Shown here: positions 8,670 through 18,581 of the stretch, piece after piece
How positions within the stretch are numbered: the stretch's first letter is position 1
Layout of the letters: the number at the start of each line of letters is the position of its first letter
Source of the DNA: Acidobacteriota bacterium
GTDB taxonomy: Bacteria; Acidobacteriota; UBA890; WLXD01
DNA length: 64,000 bases
NCBI GenBank assembly: GCA_965248695.1
Contig: CBDFKD010000002.1
Span: 4,000,001-4,064,000 of the forward strand
Direction of reading: 5' to 3'
Translations under genes and position numbers: made by a program
Notes under the pieces: model-generated
What the model was told of the DNA's origin: nothing
Databases searched by the model: none
The model's input: the letters and a program-made list of their open reading frames with translations, nothing else

Positions 8670-11600
8670 CTACTGGCGCCGCCATCGCGGCACGCCGCGG
8701 GCCGGGTGTCCAGGGCACACCGGCCGCTTCGAGCTGTTCCTGCAATGCACTCAGGTCGTCGTCGATGAGCGACCGGATCCGTGGCAGCAGCGCTTCGAAC
8801 TGTGTGGCGGCGATCTCGTACTGCTCGCGGTGGGTCTGCGTCGGGCCGTGGCTGGTCGACCAGGCGCCGCGCACGGTGGCAGCGATGCGCTGCATGATTC
8901 CGGGCATGTCGGGCTCGCTTCGACGACGACGAGTGGCATCGCCGTTGAGCTCTTCCTGCAGATCGCGCAAGCGCAGTCGGATCGCGACGACGTCCTCCAC
9001 GAGCGCCAGGTCTACTTGCCGATGGCGGCGCACTGCCTGCTCGATCGTTTCGAGCTGCTCGGCGGCGTCGGCCGCGGCGTTGCGGGCCCCGGCGGCGGCG
9101 CGGTGTAGCTCGCCCGCTTGCTGGTTGAAGGCCGCCACGGCCGCACGATCCGGCAAGGACAGGGTCGGGGTTCCGACCGTCGTTACCTCGAACGATGCCG
9201 GTGAGGCGATGGTGGTCAGCGCGCCATCGTGCCACCGGGCGATTTCGACGCTGTAGGTCCCGGGCATCGCCATCGGGCCGTCGTTCTCGTCCGAGCCGGA
9301 CCTGACGGGCCCGAAGTCGGGGTACTGCAGATTCCAGGTGACGCGGTGCATGCCGCTCGAGCTCGGGCCAGTCAATCGCCTCACCACGTTCCCATCGCTG
9401 TCGCGCACGGTCAGCACGATCGCCGGATCAGCCTCGCGATCTTCCGCGCGGAGAGCATCCCAGGTCGGGTAGAAAACGTCCCCTCCCTGCTCGGACAGCT
9501 CTTCCTCCTGCTCGCGCCGGCGCTCGCGCCGCGTCGTCAAGGAATCGCGCAGGTGATAGGTGAAGGTGGCGCCGAACTCCGGGTTGGGCGCGATGAAGAA
9601 ATCAGCTCCCTGGAAGGCGCGATCGTTCAGCGCGATCGGCGTGCTCTCGAAGAAGGCGAGCGCGTCTCGTATGGGGAAGACATGCGCTTCGGCCTCGAGC
9701 GCTGCCTCGTCGAGCGTGCGCAGCGCCGAATAGTCGTCGAGCACGTAGAAGCTGCGGCCGAACGTCCCCAGCACCACGTCGTCCATCTGCCGCTGGATCT
9801 CGAGGTCGCGCACCGCGATGGTCGGCAACCCTGACGACAGCTCGACCCAGTGATCGCCACCGTCGCGCGTGAACCAGACGCCGAACTCGGTGCCGGCGAA
9901 GATCAAGTTCGGGTCGACGTGGTCCGGTTTGAGCGTGTAAACCGAGCCGCGCTCAGGCAGGTCACCGGTGATCGATGTCCAGCTGGCGCCGCGGTCGGTG
10001 CTCTTGAACACGTAGGGGGCGAAGTCGCCCATCTTGTGGTTGTTGAAGGCGGCGAACACGGTGTCGGCGTCGTGCAACGAAGCCTCGAGATCGTTGACGT
10101 AGGTCATCTCGGGAACTCCCGGAACCCGGTCGATGCGACGCCAGGAGCCGCCGCCATCCTCGCTCACCTGAACCAGGCCGTCGTCGGTGCCGACGTAGAG
10201 CAATCCCTCGACGAGCGACGACTCGTCGAGCGCCACGATCGTTCCGTAGGGCGACGTCGAGGTGTTCTTGCGCACCGAGTCGACGCTCCAGACGCGTCCC
10301 ATGATCTCGAGGCGGTTGCGGTCCATGTTGCGGGTCAGATCGTCGCTCACAGCGCGCCACGAGTTACCTCGATCGTCGCTGCGGAAGAGGATCTGCGCGG
10401 CGTAGTAGATGCGCGCCGGGTCGTGCGGGCTGATCAGCAACGCCGAATCCCAGTTCCAGCGCAGCGCCGGACCGTCGGCTGATTCCCGCGGCCTCACATC
10501 GAGGCTCTCGGCGGTCTGATGGTCGTAGCGCACCAACCGGCCGTACTGCGACTGCGCGTAGATGATGTCGGCGTTGCTCGGGTCGATCGCCGGGTCGAAG
10601 CCGTCGCCGAAGACCGGAACGTACCAGTCGGAGTTGCGGATGCCGTTCACCGCCTTGGTGCGTGCTGGACCGCAGTGTGTGGCGTTGTCCTGGGTGCCAC
10701 CGCACACGGTGTAGAACGGCGCGTCGTTCCCCACCGCCAGCTTGTAGTACTGCGTGATCGGCAGGTTGGTGAAGAAGCGCCAGGTGCGGCCGCGATCGAA
10801 GCTCTCGTACAGGCCGCCGTCGTTGCCGTTGAGCAGATGATCGGCATCGTCGGGATCGATCCACAGGGCGTGGTTGTCGATGTGCTTGTCCTGCTCGCCT
10901 ACCGCGCTCCAGTTGCGGCCGCCGTCCTCGCTCACCTGCGCGAAGGTGTCCATCGCGTAGAGGCGGTCGAACTGGTGCGGATCGGCGAACAGCTCCTGGT
11001 AATACTGCGGGCTGCCGGTGACGTAGTCGCTGCGCTTGCTCCAGCTGGCACCGGCGTCGTCGCTGACGTACGTGCCGCGGTCCTCGGCGGCGTCGATCAG
11101 CGCGTACACGACGTCGGGCCGCTGCGGCGAAATTGCTAGGCCGATGCGACCTAGATCGCCCGACGGCAGGCCGCTCTCGAGCTCGCTCCAGCTCTCCCCG
11201 CCGTCGGTGGTCTTGTAGAGTCCCGCTTCCGGACCGCCGTCGAGCAGCGTCCAGACGTGGCGACGCCGTTGGTAGGCGGCGGCATAGAGCACGTCCGGAT
11301 CGCGCGGATCCATCACCAGGTCGGTGACACCGGTGTCGTCGCTGATCTCCAGGACCTTCGTCCAGCTGTCGCCGCCGTCGCCGGTGACGTAGACGCCGCG
11401 ATCGCCTCCCGACCGCCACAGCGGACCCTGCGCCGCCACGTAGACGGTGTCGGAATCCTCCGGATGCACGAGGACGCGGGCGATGTGCTCCGACTCCTCC
11501 AGCCCCATGTTCTGAAACGTCTTGCCGCCGTCGACCGACTTGTAGATTCCGTCGCCGTATGCGACAGAACGTTGGCTGTTGTTCTCGCCGCTGCCCACCC

Positions 11601-11946
11601 AAACGGTTAGCGGGTCGTTCGGATCGATGACGACGGTCCCCACCGAGTAAGAGCCATACGAGTCGAAGATCGGCTCCCACTGCACCCCCGCGTTGGTCGT
11701 CTTCCAGACGCCGCCCGAGGCGACGCTGATGTACCAGGTGTGCCGATCGGTCGGGTCGACCGCGATCTCGGTGATGCGGCCGGACATGAACGCCGGTCCG
11801 ATGCTGCGCCAACTAAGGGCGGAAACCGTGCCGGGCGTGAGACCGGGCTCCTCGTCGTTGGCCTCCTCCTGCGCCACGACGACCGGCGCCAAGTACAGGA
11901 GGGCGCATGACAGCGACGTAGCGGGCAGCAGGCAAGCCTTCTTCAT
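8670..11946 (-). CDS. VPS10/BNR (Asp-box) repeat glycosyl-hydrolase-like protein; +1 frameshift near the C-terminus
   Basis: WRSIGPAFMSGRI, many S/T-x-D-G-G-x-x-W Asp boxes, GGTQDN, GTFGRSFYVLDD. Removing one base at 8699-8701 gives ...PWTPGRGVPRWRRQ* ending at 8670 and removes an 83-bp overlap with the convergent M28 gene (as read, the ORF ends at 8581). Confidence 0.88.
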
Positions 11947-11992
11947 GACGCAGATCCTCGGCGTGTGGACGGATCGAGCACGCTGCCGGAGT

Positions 11993-12074
11993 CTAGTGGC
12001 CTGTAGCAGATGAATCGATAGTGCCGCAGATGGGATTTGCGGGCGAGATCAAGGCGCGGCGAGGGATGGCGATG
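11993..12074 (+). mobile_element. Possible degenerate half-copy of a MITE/REP-like element
   Basis: Begins CTAGTGGCC and contains GGGATTTGCGGGCGAGATCAAGGCGCGGCGAGGGATGGCGATG, which aligns loosely by eye with the element at 51794-51982 (minus strand). No right arm found. Confidence 0.35.
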
Positions 12075-12172
12075 CGCCGCCATCTCCTCGGGGGCCTCGA
12101 AGAAGACCGGAGGCTCAGAGGGCTCGGTGATACCCTGCGGCGCGAATCCCGAACGCGGAGGAGGTCGCGGAA

Positions 12173-13063
12173 ATGAAGATCGCCGTCATTGGCCTGGGAA
12201 CGATGGGCGCGCCTATGGCCGCGAATTTGCTCGCGGCCGGAGTCGAAGTCACGGTGCACAATCGCACCAGGAGCCGAGAAGAGCCTCTCGAAGCTAAGGG
12301 GGCCTCACGAGCGGCGAGCCCGCGGGAGGCTGCGGCGGGAGCGGACGTAGTGCTGAGCTGCGTGTCGGATACTGCGGACGCTACCGAGGTACTGGATGGT
12401 CCCGATGGCGCGCTGGCGGGTCTGGCGCCCGGGACCCTGGTTATCGACTGTTCGACTATCTCGCCGGAAGGTGCCCGCGACCTGGCGGGGAAAGCGGCGG
12501 ATCGGGAGATCGGCTTCGTCGACGCACCGGTCTCCGGCGGCTCCGAGGGCGCCATCCAAGGAACGCTGGCGATCATGTGTGGTGGGTCGGACGCGGACCT
12601 CGAGCGAGCGCTGCCGGTGCTCGAGATCATCGGTGGCAAGGTCACCCACGTCGGACCGGTGGGCTGCGGCCAGATCGCCAAGGCGGTGAACCAGGTGCTC
12701 ATAGCCGGGACCTTCCAGTCGCTGGCCGAGGGCATGGCGCTGGCGTTTCGCGCCGGCGCCGACCCGCGCCGGGTCATCGACGCCATCAAGAGCGGCGCCG
12801 CCGCCTCCTGGGTCCTCGACAACCGGGCCGAGAACATGGTTCGCGACGAGTATCCGCTGGGATTCCGGACCCGGCTACATCGCAAGGATCTCGGCATCGC
12901 GCTGGAAACTGGCCGCGCCGTCCAGCTGCCGCTGCCGATCGCGGCGTACGTTGCTGGCATGGAGGACGGACTGATCGCCCAGGGCTACGGCGACGAGGAC
13001 ATGTCCGCCCTCGCTCGCGTGGTGCGCCGGGCGGCGGGGATTCCGGACGGCTCGATGGAGTAG
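12173..13063 (+). CDS. NAD(P)-dependent beta-hydroxyacid dehydrogenase (3-hydroxyisobutyrate dehydrogenase/tartronate semialdehyde reductase family)
   Basis: IGLGTMGAPMA, DAPVSGG, GQIAKAVNQ, HRKDL; GGAGGAGG RBS. Confidence 0.92.
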   Translation: MKIAVIGLGTMGAPMAANLLAAGVEVTVHNRTRSREEPLEAKGASRAASPREAAAGADVVLSCVSDTADATEVLDGPDGALAGLAPGTLVIDCSTISPEGARDLAGKAADREIGFVDAPVSGGSEGAIQGTLAIMCGGSDADLERALPVLEIIGGKVTHVGPVGCGQIAKAVNQVLIAGTFQSLAEGMALAFRAGADPRRVIDAIKSGAAASWVLDNRAENMVRDEYPLGFRTRLHRKDLGIALETGRAVQLPLPIAAYVAGMEDGLIAQGYGDEDMSALARVVRRAAGIPDGSME

Positions 13064-13412
13064 CGCTGCGCCCATGCCGCAGTACGACCCGCGACCTGTG
13101 CCGCGGTGGCCCCGATGATGAGTCGGATCCAGTCGGTTTGCGTTGTGGCCGGGACGGCCAATACAGTGCCGTCGTCATGACCCCGGAGACCAGCTCGGCC
13201 GCTCTCGGATCCTCCACGTACGCTGGGTGAAGGCGGGGTGGGCAGCGTCTATCTCGCGAGGCTGGCGCGTTTCTGAAGGCCTAGCAGATTCAGTGGTTAG
13301 ATATCGAGGACAGATTTCGGCTGATGATCTACCAGGCCATCGTGGAGCGCGTTCACTAGACTGCGCCGATACGGGTCACGCACTGCTTGGCCTTTGGAAC
13401 AGGACCGGAGGA

Positions 13413-14813
13413 ATGACCGGACTGGGTAGCCTCGATACCGGAATCATCTTCGCGTACTTGCTACTGCTGCCCGCAATCGGCGTCTATGCCAGCCGTCAGC
13501 AGGAGAGCGTCGAGGACTACTTCATTGGTGGCGGGCGAATAGGTCCGGTCTCTCTGGCGTGCCTGTGGGTCGGTGCGTGGGCCGGCGGGGCAGCCATCGT
13601 CGGCGGGACGGCCACGGCCTTCGAGCTCGGCATCTCCGCAGGCTGGTACACCACGTCGATGGTTATCGGTTGCCTGATGTTTGGGTTGTTCTTCGCCAAA
13701 CATGTAAAGCGAGCCGGGTTAGAGGAAAAGATGCTGACGTATCCCGACTTTATCGAGTCGCGATACGACAGCCGCACGCGCATCGTTGCAACGATCACCA
13801 CCATCGTGGCGTACGTCGGATTCGCCGGGGGGCAGCTGGCGGCAGCTGCCGCGATCCTGCAAAGCCTCTTGGGTTGGGATTACGTCACCGCTTTGATGCT
13901 GGCCAGCGGCGTCATCGTTGCCTACACCGCCACCGGCGGATTTCTGGCCGTCACCTACACCGACTGGCTCCAGATCCTGTTGCTGTTCGTCGGCGTGGTG
14001 TTCGTCGGCATCCCTGTCGCCATCATCAAGGGGGGCACCTGGGCAGCGTTCACGGCCGGTCTACCGGATGTCTATTTCGACATCGGTGGCTGGGGCTGGC
14101 CGACCATTCTCGCCATGGTCGTCTCGATCTCATTGAGCTTCTTCGTGGCCATGGACAGCTTTACCAAGACCTTCGCCGCGAGAAGCGAGGAGGCCGCACG
14201 TCGAGGCATCTTGCTCGCAGCTGTCCTCCTGGTGCCGTTTGTCTTCGCCGCAGTCTGGCTCGGCATGACGTCTGCCCTTCTCTTTCCGGGCGCCGAGAGC
14301 AGCGGCATCCTCTCCACCTTCATCGTGCGGGAGTTTCCGACGGGGCTGAAGGGGCTGACGCTCGTCGGTGTTCTCGCAGCCCTGATGTCGACCGCCGACA
14401 TCTGCATCCTCACGGCATCGGCGAACATCAGCTGCGATATCTACAAGCGATATATGAATCCGCAGGTCGCGCCCAAGAAGCTGTTCCGCCTGAGCATGGG
14501 CGCGTCCCTTGTCATCGGAGCCTTTGCCGCACTGCTGGCATGGGGGATGCAGGACGTCATCGGCATCCTCTTGTTCGCTTTCACGGTCAATTCTGCAACG
14601 CTGTTCGTTCCGACCATCGCGATGGTGTACATGCGCAGTGTTAGCAAGGGCGCAGCCTTCTGGAGCATCACGCTGTCGCTCATCACCGTGCTGACCCTCT
14701 ACATCGGGTCCTTTCTCAGCGACCTCGACGTGTTCGCGATCGATCCGCTGTGGCCGGGGCTCGCCGTCTCAATCGTGGTGTTCTTGGCATTGCGCATGAG
14801 GGAGAAGCCTTAG
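13413..14813 (+). CDS. Sodium:solute symporter (SSS) family transporter
   Basis: DYFIGG, PDFIESRYD, YTATGGFLAVTYTDWLQ, AALMSTAD; about 13 TM segments. Start set at ATG 13413 rather than the ORF-track 13143. Confidence 0.9.
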   Translation: MTGLGSLDTGIIFAYLLLLPAIGVYASRQQESVEDYFIGGGRIGPVSLACLWVGAWAGGAAIVGGTATAFELGISAGWYTTSMVIGCLMFGLFFAKHVKRAGLEEKMLTYPDFIESRYDSRTRIVATITTIVAYVGFAGGQLAAAAAILQSLLGWDYVTALMLASGVIVAYTATGGFLAVTYTDWLQILLLFVGVVFVGIPVAIIKGGTWAAFTAGLPDVYFDIGGWGWPTILAMVVSISLSFFVAMDSFTKTFAARSEEAARRGILLAAVLLVPFVFAAVWLGMTSALLFPGAESSGILSTFIVREFPTGLKGLTLVGVLAALMSTADICILTASANISCDIYKRYMNPQVAPKKLFRLSMGASLVIGAFAALLAWGMQDVIGILLFAFTVNSATLFVPTIAMVYMRSVSKGAAFWSITLSLITVLTLYIGSFLSDLDVFAIDPLWPGLAVSIVVFLALRMREKP

Positions 14814-15050
14814 GTAGGCGCCCCTGTGATCTCCACCACCACCCGGAGCGTGCCGTCCGCGTATGCCACGGCAGATTCCGGAAGTGGAACAACGACCGAC
14901 CCGATCGGGGCGATCACGCGGGAGATGGCCGGCGGCTTGGCAGCACACGAGGCAGGACGTACCCTCGGCCACTGCTCCCGGTCCGGACCGGCCTTCGATT
15001 CTGCAGACGGCAGTAGGGCGTCCGCGTCAGCGACCTCGCGAGGTGTTTCG

Positions 15051-16052
15051 ATGCTCACCACGAAACTCGGCCATAGCGGTCTGGAGGTCTCCCGCATCTG
15101 CCTCGGCTGCATGACCTACGGCGACCCGGGGTGGCGGCCGTGGGTGCTGAGCGAGGAGCAGGCGCGCCCACACTTCGAGCGCGCGCTGGAGCTGGGCATC
15201 AACTTCTTCGACACCGCCGACATGTATTCGCTCGGCGAGAGCGAGCGCATCACCGGGAAAATGCTCGGCGAGATGGCGCGGCGTGACGATTACGTGCTCG
15301 CCAGCAAGTGCTTCTACCCGGTCGTCGAGGGACCCAACCGGAGCGGCTTGTCCCGAAAGCACATCCTGGCCGCCTGCGAAGACTCGCTGCGCCGGCTCGG
15401 CACCGATCACATCGACCTGTACCAGATTCATCGCTGGGATTTCGAGACGCCGATCGAGGAGACCCTCGAGGCGCTCGACGCGCTCGTGCGTGCGGGCAAG
15501 GTGCGCTACCTCGGTGCGAGCAGCATGGCGGCGTGGCAGTTCCTCACGGCTCTGTACACCTCCGACACCAGCGGTTGGCACCGCTTCGTCTCGATGCAGA
15601 ACCACCACAACCTCGTCTATCGCGAGGAGGAGAGGGAGATGCTGCCCCTGTGCCTCGATCAGGGAGTCAGCACGATGCCGTGGAGCCCGCTAGCGCGCGG
15701 CTTCTTGAGCGGCGTCCGCTCGCGCGACGAGCCCCGGCCTACCGTTCGCGCACGCTCCGATTCCTACGCCGATGCCATGTACTACCGGGACGCTGACTTC
15801 GATGTGCTCGAGGCGCTGCTCTCGGTCAGCGAGGAGCGCGGCGCGAAGCCGGCAGCGGTCGCCTTGGCATGGCTACTGAGCATGCCCGCCGTGGCCAGCC
15901 CGATCGTCGGCGCGACCAAGGTCGAGTACCTGGACGACGCTGCCGCCGCGATCGATCTGGAGCTGACCACCGAGGAGATCGAGACACTCGAGGCCGCCTA
16001 TGTCCCGGGGCCGGTCCAGGGGCACGATCAGCCGGGGCCGCGCGACGCCTGA
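15051..16052 (+). CDS. Aldo/keto reductase (YajO/aryl-alcohol dehydrogenase-like)
   Basis: LGHSGLEVSRICLGCM, GINFFDTADMY, DLYQIHRWD, GKVRYLGAS, PWSPLARG; GAGG before ATG 15051. Confidence 0.93.
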   Translation: MLTTKLGHSGLEVSRICLGCMTYGDPGWRPWVLSEEQARPHFERALELGINFFDTADMYSLGESERITGKMLGEMARRDDYVLASKCFYPVVEGPNRSGLSRKHILAACEDSLRRLGTDHIDLYQIHRWDFETPIEETLEALDALVRAGKVRYLGASSMAAWQFLTALYTSDTSGWHRFVSMQNHHNLVYREEEREMLPLCLDQGVSTMPWSPLARGFLSGVRSRDEPRPTVRARSDSYADAMYYRDADFDVLEALLSVSEERGAKPAAVALAWLLSMPAVASPIVGATKVEYLDDAAAAIDLELTTEEIETLEAAYVPGPVQGHDQPGPRDA

Positions 16053-17515
16053 CCGGCTTGCATCAGCCGCTCGATTCGATCCAGTAGCGCGCCGATGATG
16101 ACCTCGTCGGTCAGTGGGTTCATCACCGTCAGCTTCAGGTAGGTGATGCCGCCGACATCGGCCGTGGCGATCAGGAACCTCCCGTCCATTCGCAGCGCGC
16201 GTCGGATCGTGCGCTGAAGCTCGTCCGGATCGACGGCCGGCGCGTCGCTCGATGCCGCCGAATCGCACCCGGTCCCCACGTATCGGAAGCACAGGTTGTT
16301 CGACTGTGGCTCGAACGGACATTCAAAGCCGGGGCGGTCCGCGATCAGCCTGTGAAAACCCTTGGCGCGGTCGAACAGCAACTCGACGTGGTCGGCGAGC
16401 CGGCGCTCGCCCAGCGCCGCGAGCACCGGGTAGACCTTGAGGCTCAAGACTCCCTTGGAGCATTCGAACGAGCGCTCGAACAGGTTCGGATACTCCGGAT
16501 CCTCGTCGGGCTCGAGGTAGCTCTGCTGCTGCGCGAACGTGGTTCCGCACGCAGCGGCGTCGCGGTACAAGACCGCCGTGCAGAGCACCGACGTCTGCAG
16601 CATCTTGTGGGCGTTCCACACCAGGGAGTCGGCGAGCTCCGCACCCGCCATCAGGTGTCGCGTGCTCTCGGGTAGCAGCGCCGCGCCACCGTGGGCGGCG
16701 TCGATGTGAAACCAGAGATCGTGCTCGCGGCAGAAGTGGCCCGTTTCCTCCAGCGGATCGAAGAGTCCGGTGGCTGTGGCGGCAGCTGTTGCCACGACCG
16801 CAATGACGCGGCGCCCGCCCGCCGCCGCCGACTCGTACGCTGCCGGGAGCGCGTCGGGTCGCAGTACATCGTTGTCGTCGACCGCAACGGGAACGACGGC
16901 CCGAGCGCCTAGCCCGAGCACTGCGACTGCGCGAGCGACCGAGTAGTGTGCACTGGCCGGCGCCAGCACCGCGACCGGCTGTCGCGCGCCTTCCTCCCAG
17001 GAGTCCGGGCAGGCATGGGCGCGGGCGGCGAGTAGCCCGGTGAGGTTACCCAGCGAGCCGCCGTTGGTCAGCACGCCGTCACCGTCAGTCCAGCCGAGAT
17101 GCCCCAGCATCCAGCGAATGATCTCGAGCTCCATCACCACCGAGGCCGGCCCCATCTCGTAGATAGCCGAGTCGCTGTTGCCGACCCCCTTGACCAGATT
17201 CGACGCCGCTGCCAGATGGTGCGGTACCGCACCTTGCAAGGCGATGTAACCCGGGTGCTGGAGCAACACGCTGTGCTCCAGGTACCAATCCAGGAAGGCG
17301 CGGAACCCCTCCAAGGTCATGCCGCCTTCGGCGATCGACCCGAAAGTGCGCAGCTCGTCGCGCAGCTCCGAGAACCCGCGGTAGGCGACCACGGGTCGCT
17401 CTTGGGCAACTGCAGCTTCCAAGTGTGTCCGGAGCGCATCGACCGCAAGCTCGACGCTGGTCTCGAACTCTCGGATCGAAAACGTCGGCTGTATCTGCTC
17501 CTGCAGGTCGCGCAC
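16028..17515 (-). CDS. Group II PLP-dependent amino-acid decarboxylase (diaminobutyrate/aromatic amino-acid decarboxylase-like)
   Basis: GGSLGNLTGL, AHYSVARA, HIDAAHGG, WNAHKM (PLP lysine). Confidence 0.9.
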   Translation of the reverse strand: MRDLQEQIQPTFSIREFETSVELAVDALRTHLEAAVAQERPVVAYRGFSELRDELRTFGSIAEGGMTLEGFRAFLDWYLEHSVLLQHPGYIALQGAVPHHLAAASNLVKGVGNSDSAIYEMGPASVVMELEIIRWMLGHLGWTDGDGVLTNGGSLGNLTGLLAARAHACPDSWEEGARQPVAVLAPASAHYSVARAVAVLGLGARAVVPVAVDDNDVLRPDALPAAYESAAAGGRRVIAVVATAAATATGLFDPLEETGHFCREHDLWFHIDAAHGGAALLPESTRHLMAGAELADSLVWNAHKMLQTSVLCTAVLYRDAAACGTTFAQQQSYLEPDEDPEYPNLFERSFECSKGVLSLKVYPVLAALGERRLADHVELLFDRAKGFHRLIADRPGFECPFEPQSNNLCFRYVGTGCDSAASSDAPAVDPDELQRTIRRALRMDGRFLIATADVGGITYLKLTVMNPLTDEVIIGALLDRIERLMQAGQASRGPG

Positions 17516-17818
17516 GTGGCGGCCTCACTCGTACCGTTTGCTGCTGGCTGTCCCGAACACGACCGCGGTCGGGTGGTCCCGCGAGCTACGGTACGCGCGG
17601 CTCACACGGGAGTCTATGTCGGCTGCGTCAAGGGTTACACCGCTGGGCCGCCCAGCATCATCTCCACTTGAAACTGTTTTGGCTCTGAGCACCAACGTCA
17701 TCTCTCGATCCGAAGCCTCTGACTGGTAGAGTGCACCCGCGCGGTGCCTACAATCCTGCATGTCACATACAACCTGCCTGCGCGCACTTCACCAGAGGCA
17801 ATCCACCGAGGCGAGACT

Positions 17819-18553
17819 ATGGGTCCCGAACGGCTGCGCGACTTCAAGGTCCTCACATTCGACTGCTACGGAACGCTCATTGACTGGGAGACGGGAATCC
17901 TCAATGAGCTAAAGCCGTGGGCTGCTCGACACGGTCTGACTCTGGATGACGAACCGCTGTTGGGGGCCTTTGCCGAGGAGGAGGCAGCGTGCGAGAGGCA
18001 GACGCCCAAGAAGCTCTATCCCCAGCTCCTCGAGTCGGTGCTCGAGCGGCTCGCGGAGCGGTGGTCCGTAGCGCTCGACGAGGGGGAGGCGGCGGAGTTC
18101 GGACGGTCTGTGGGCAGGTGGCCGGCCTTCCCCGACAGCTCGGAGGCTCTCGTGTATCTCCAGCAGCACTACAAACTGGTGATTCTCTCCAACGTCGACC
18201 GCGATTCCTTCGCGCTGAGCGAGTCGCGACTGGGGATCAAGTTCGATCGCGTCATCACGGCACAGGACGTCGGCTCCTATAAGCCCGACGCGCGGAACTT
18301 CGTGTACATGTTGGAGGACCTGCAACGGACCCTGGGGACCGGACCTGAGGTGATTCTGCACACGGCGCAGAGCCTCTTCCACGACGTCGTTCCCGCCAAG
18401 GTAGCGGGATTGAAGACGATGTGGATCAATCGCCGCAGAGGATCCGACGGATGGGGTGCCACGCCACCGGTGGAAGGTGAGGGCGCGACACCGGATCTCG
18501 AGGTCGCGGGCATGGCGGAGCTCGTCGCACTACACCAGGCGGCCCTCGCATGA
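17819..18553 (+). CDS. Haloacid dehalogenase type II-like HAD hydrolase
   Basis: LTFDCYGTLIDWE, LSNVD, GSYKP, LHTAQSLFHD. Confidence 0.9.
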   Translation: MGPERLRDFKVLTFDCYGTLIDWETGILNELKPWAARHGLTLDDEPLLGAFAEEEAACERQTPKKLYPQLLESVLERLAERWSVALDEGEAAEFGRSVGRWPAFPDSSEALVYLQQHYKLVILSNVDRDSFALSESRLGIKFDRVITAQDVGSYKPDARNFVYMLEDLQRTLGTGPEVILHTAQSLFHDVVPAKVAGLKTMWINRRRGSDGWGATPPVEGEGATPDLEVAGMAELVALHQAALA

Positions 18554-18581
18554 TGGAGGCGGCCGCACCGGCGACGGCGAG

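Noticed and set aside
13064-13412. Possible gene remnant or riboswitch upstream of the SSS transporter (also 14814-15050)
   Set aside because: No recognisable protein motif or riboswitch consensus in any frame I examined.
16028-16052. 25-bp convergent overlap of the AKR and decarboxylase genes
   Set aside because: Both proteins appear complete; short 3' overlaps are common in GC-rich genomes.
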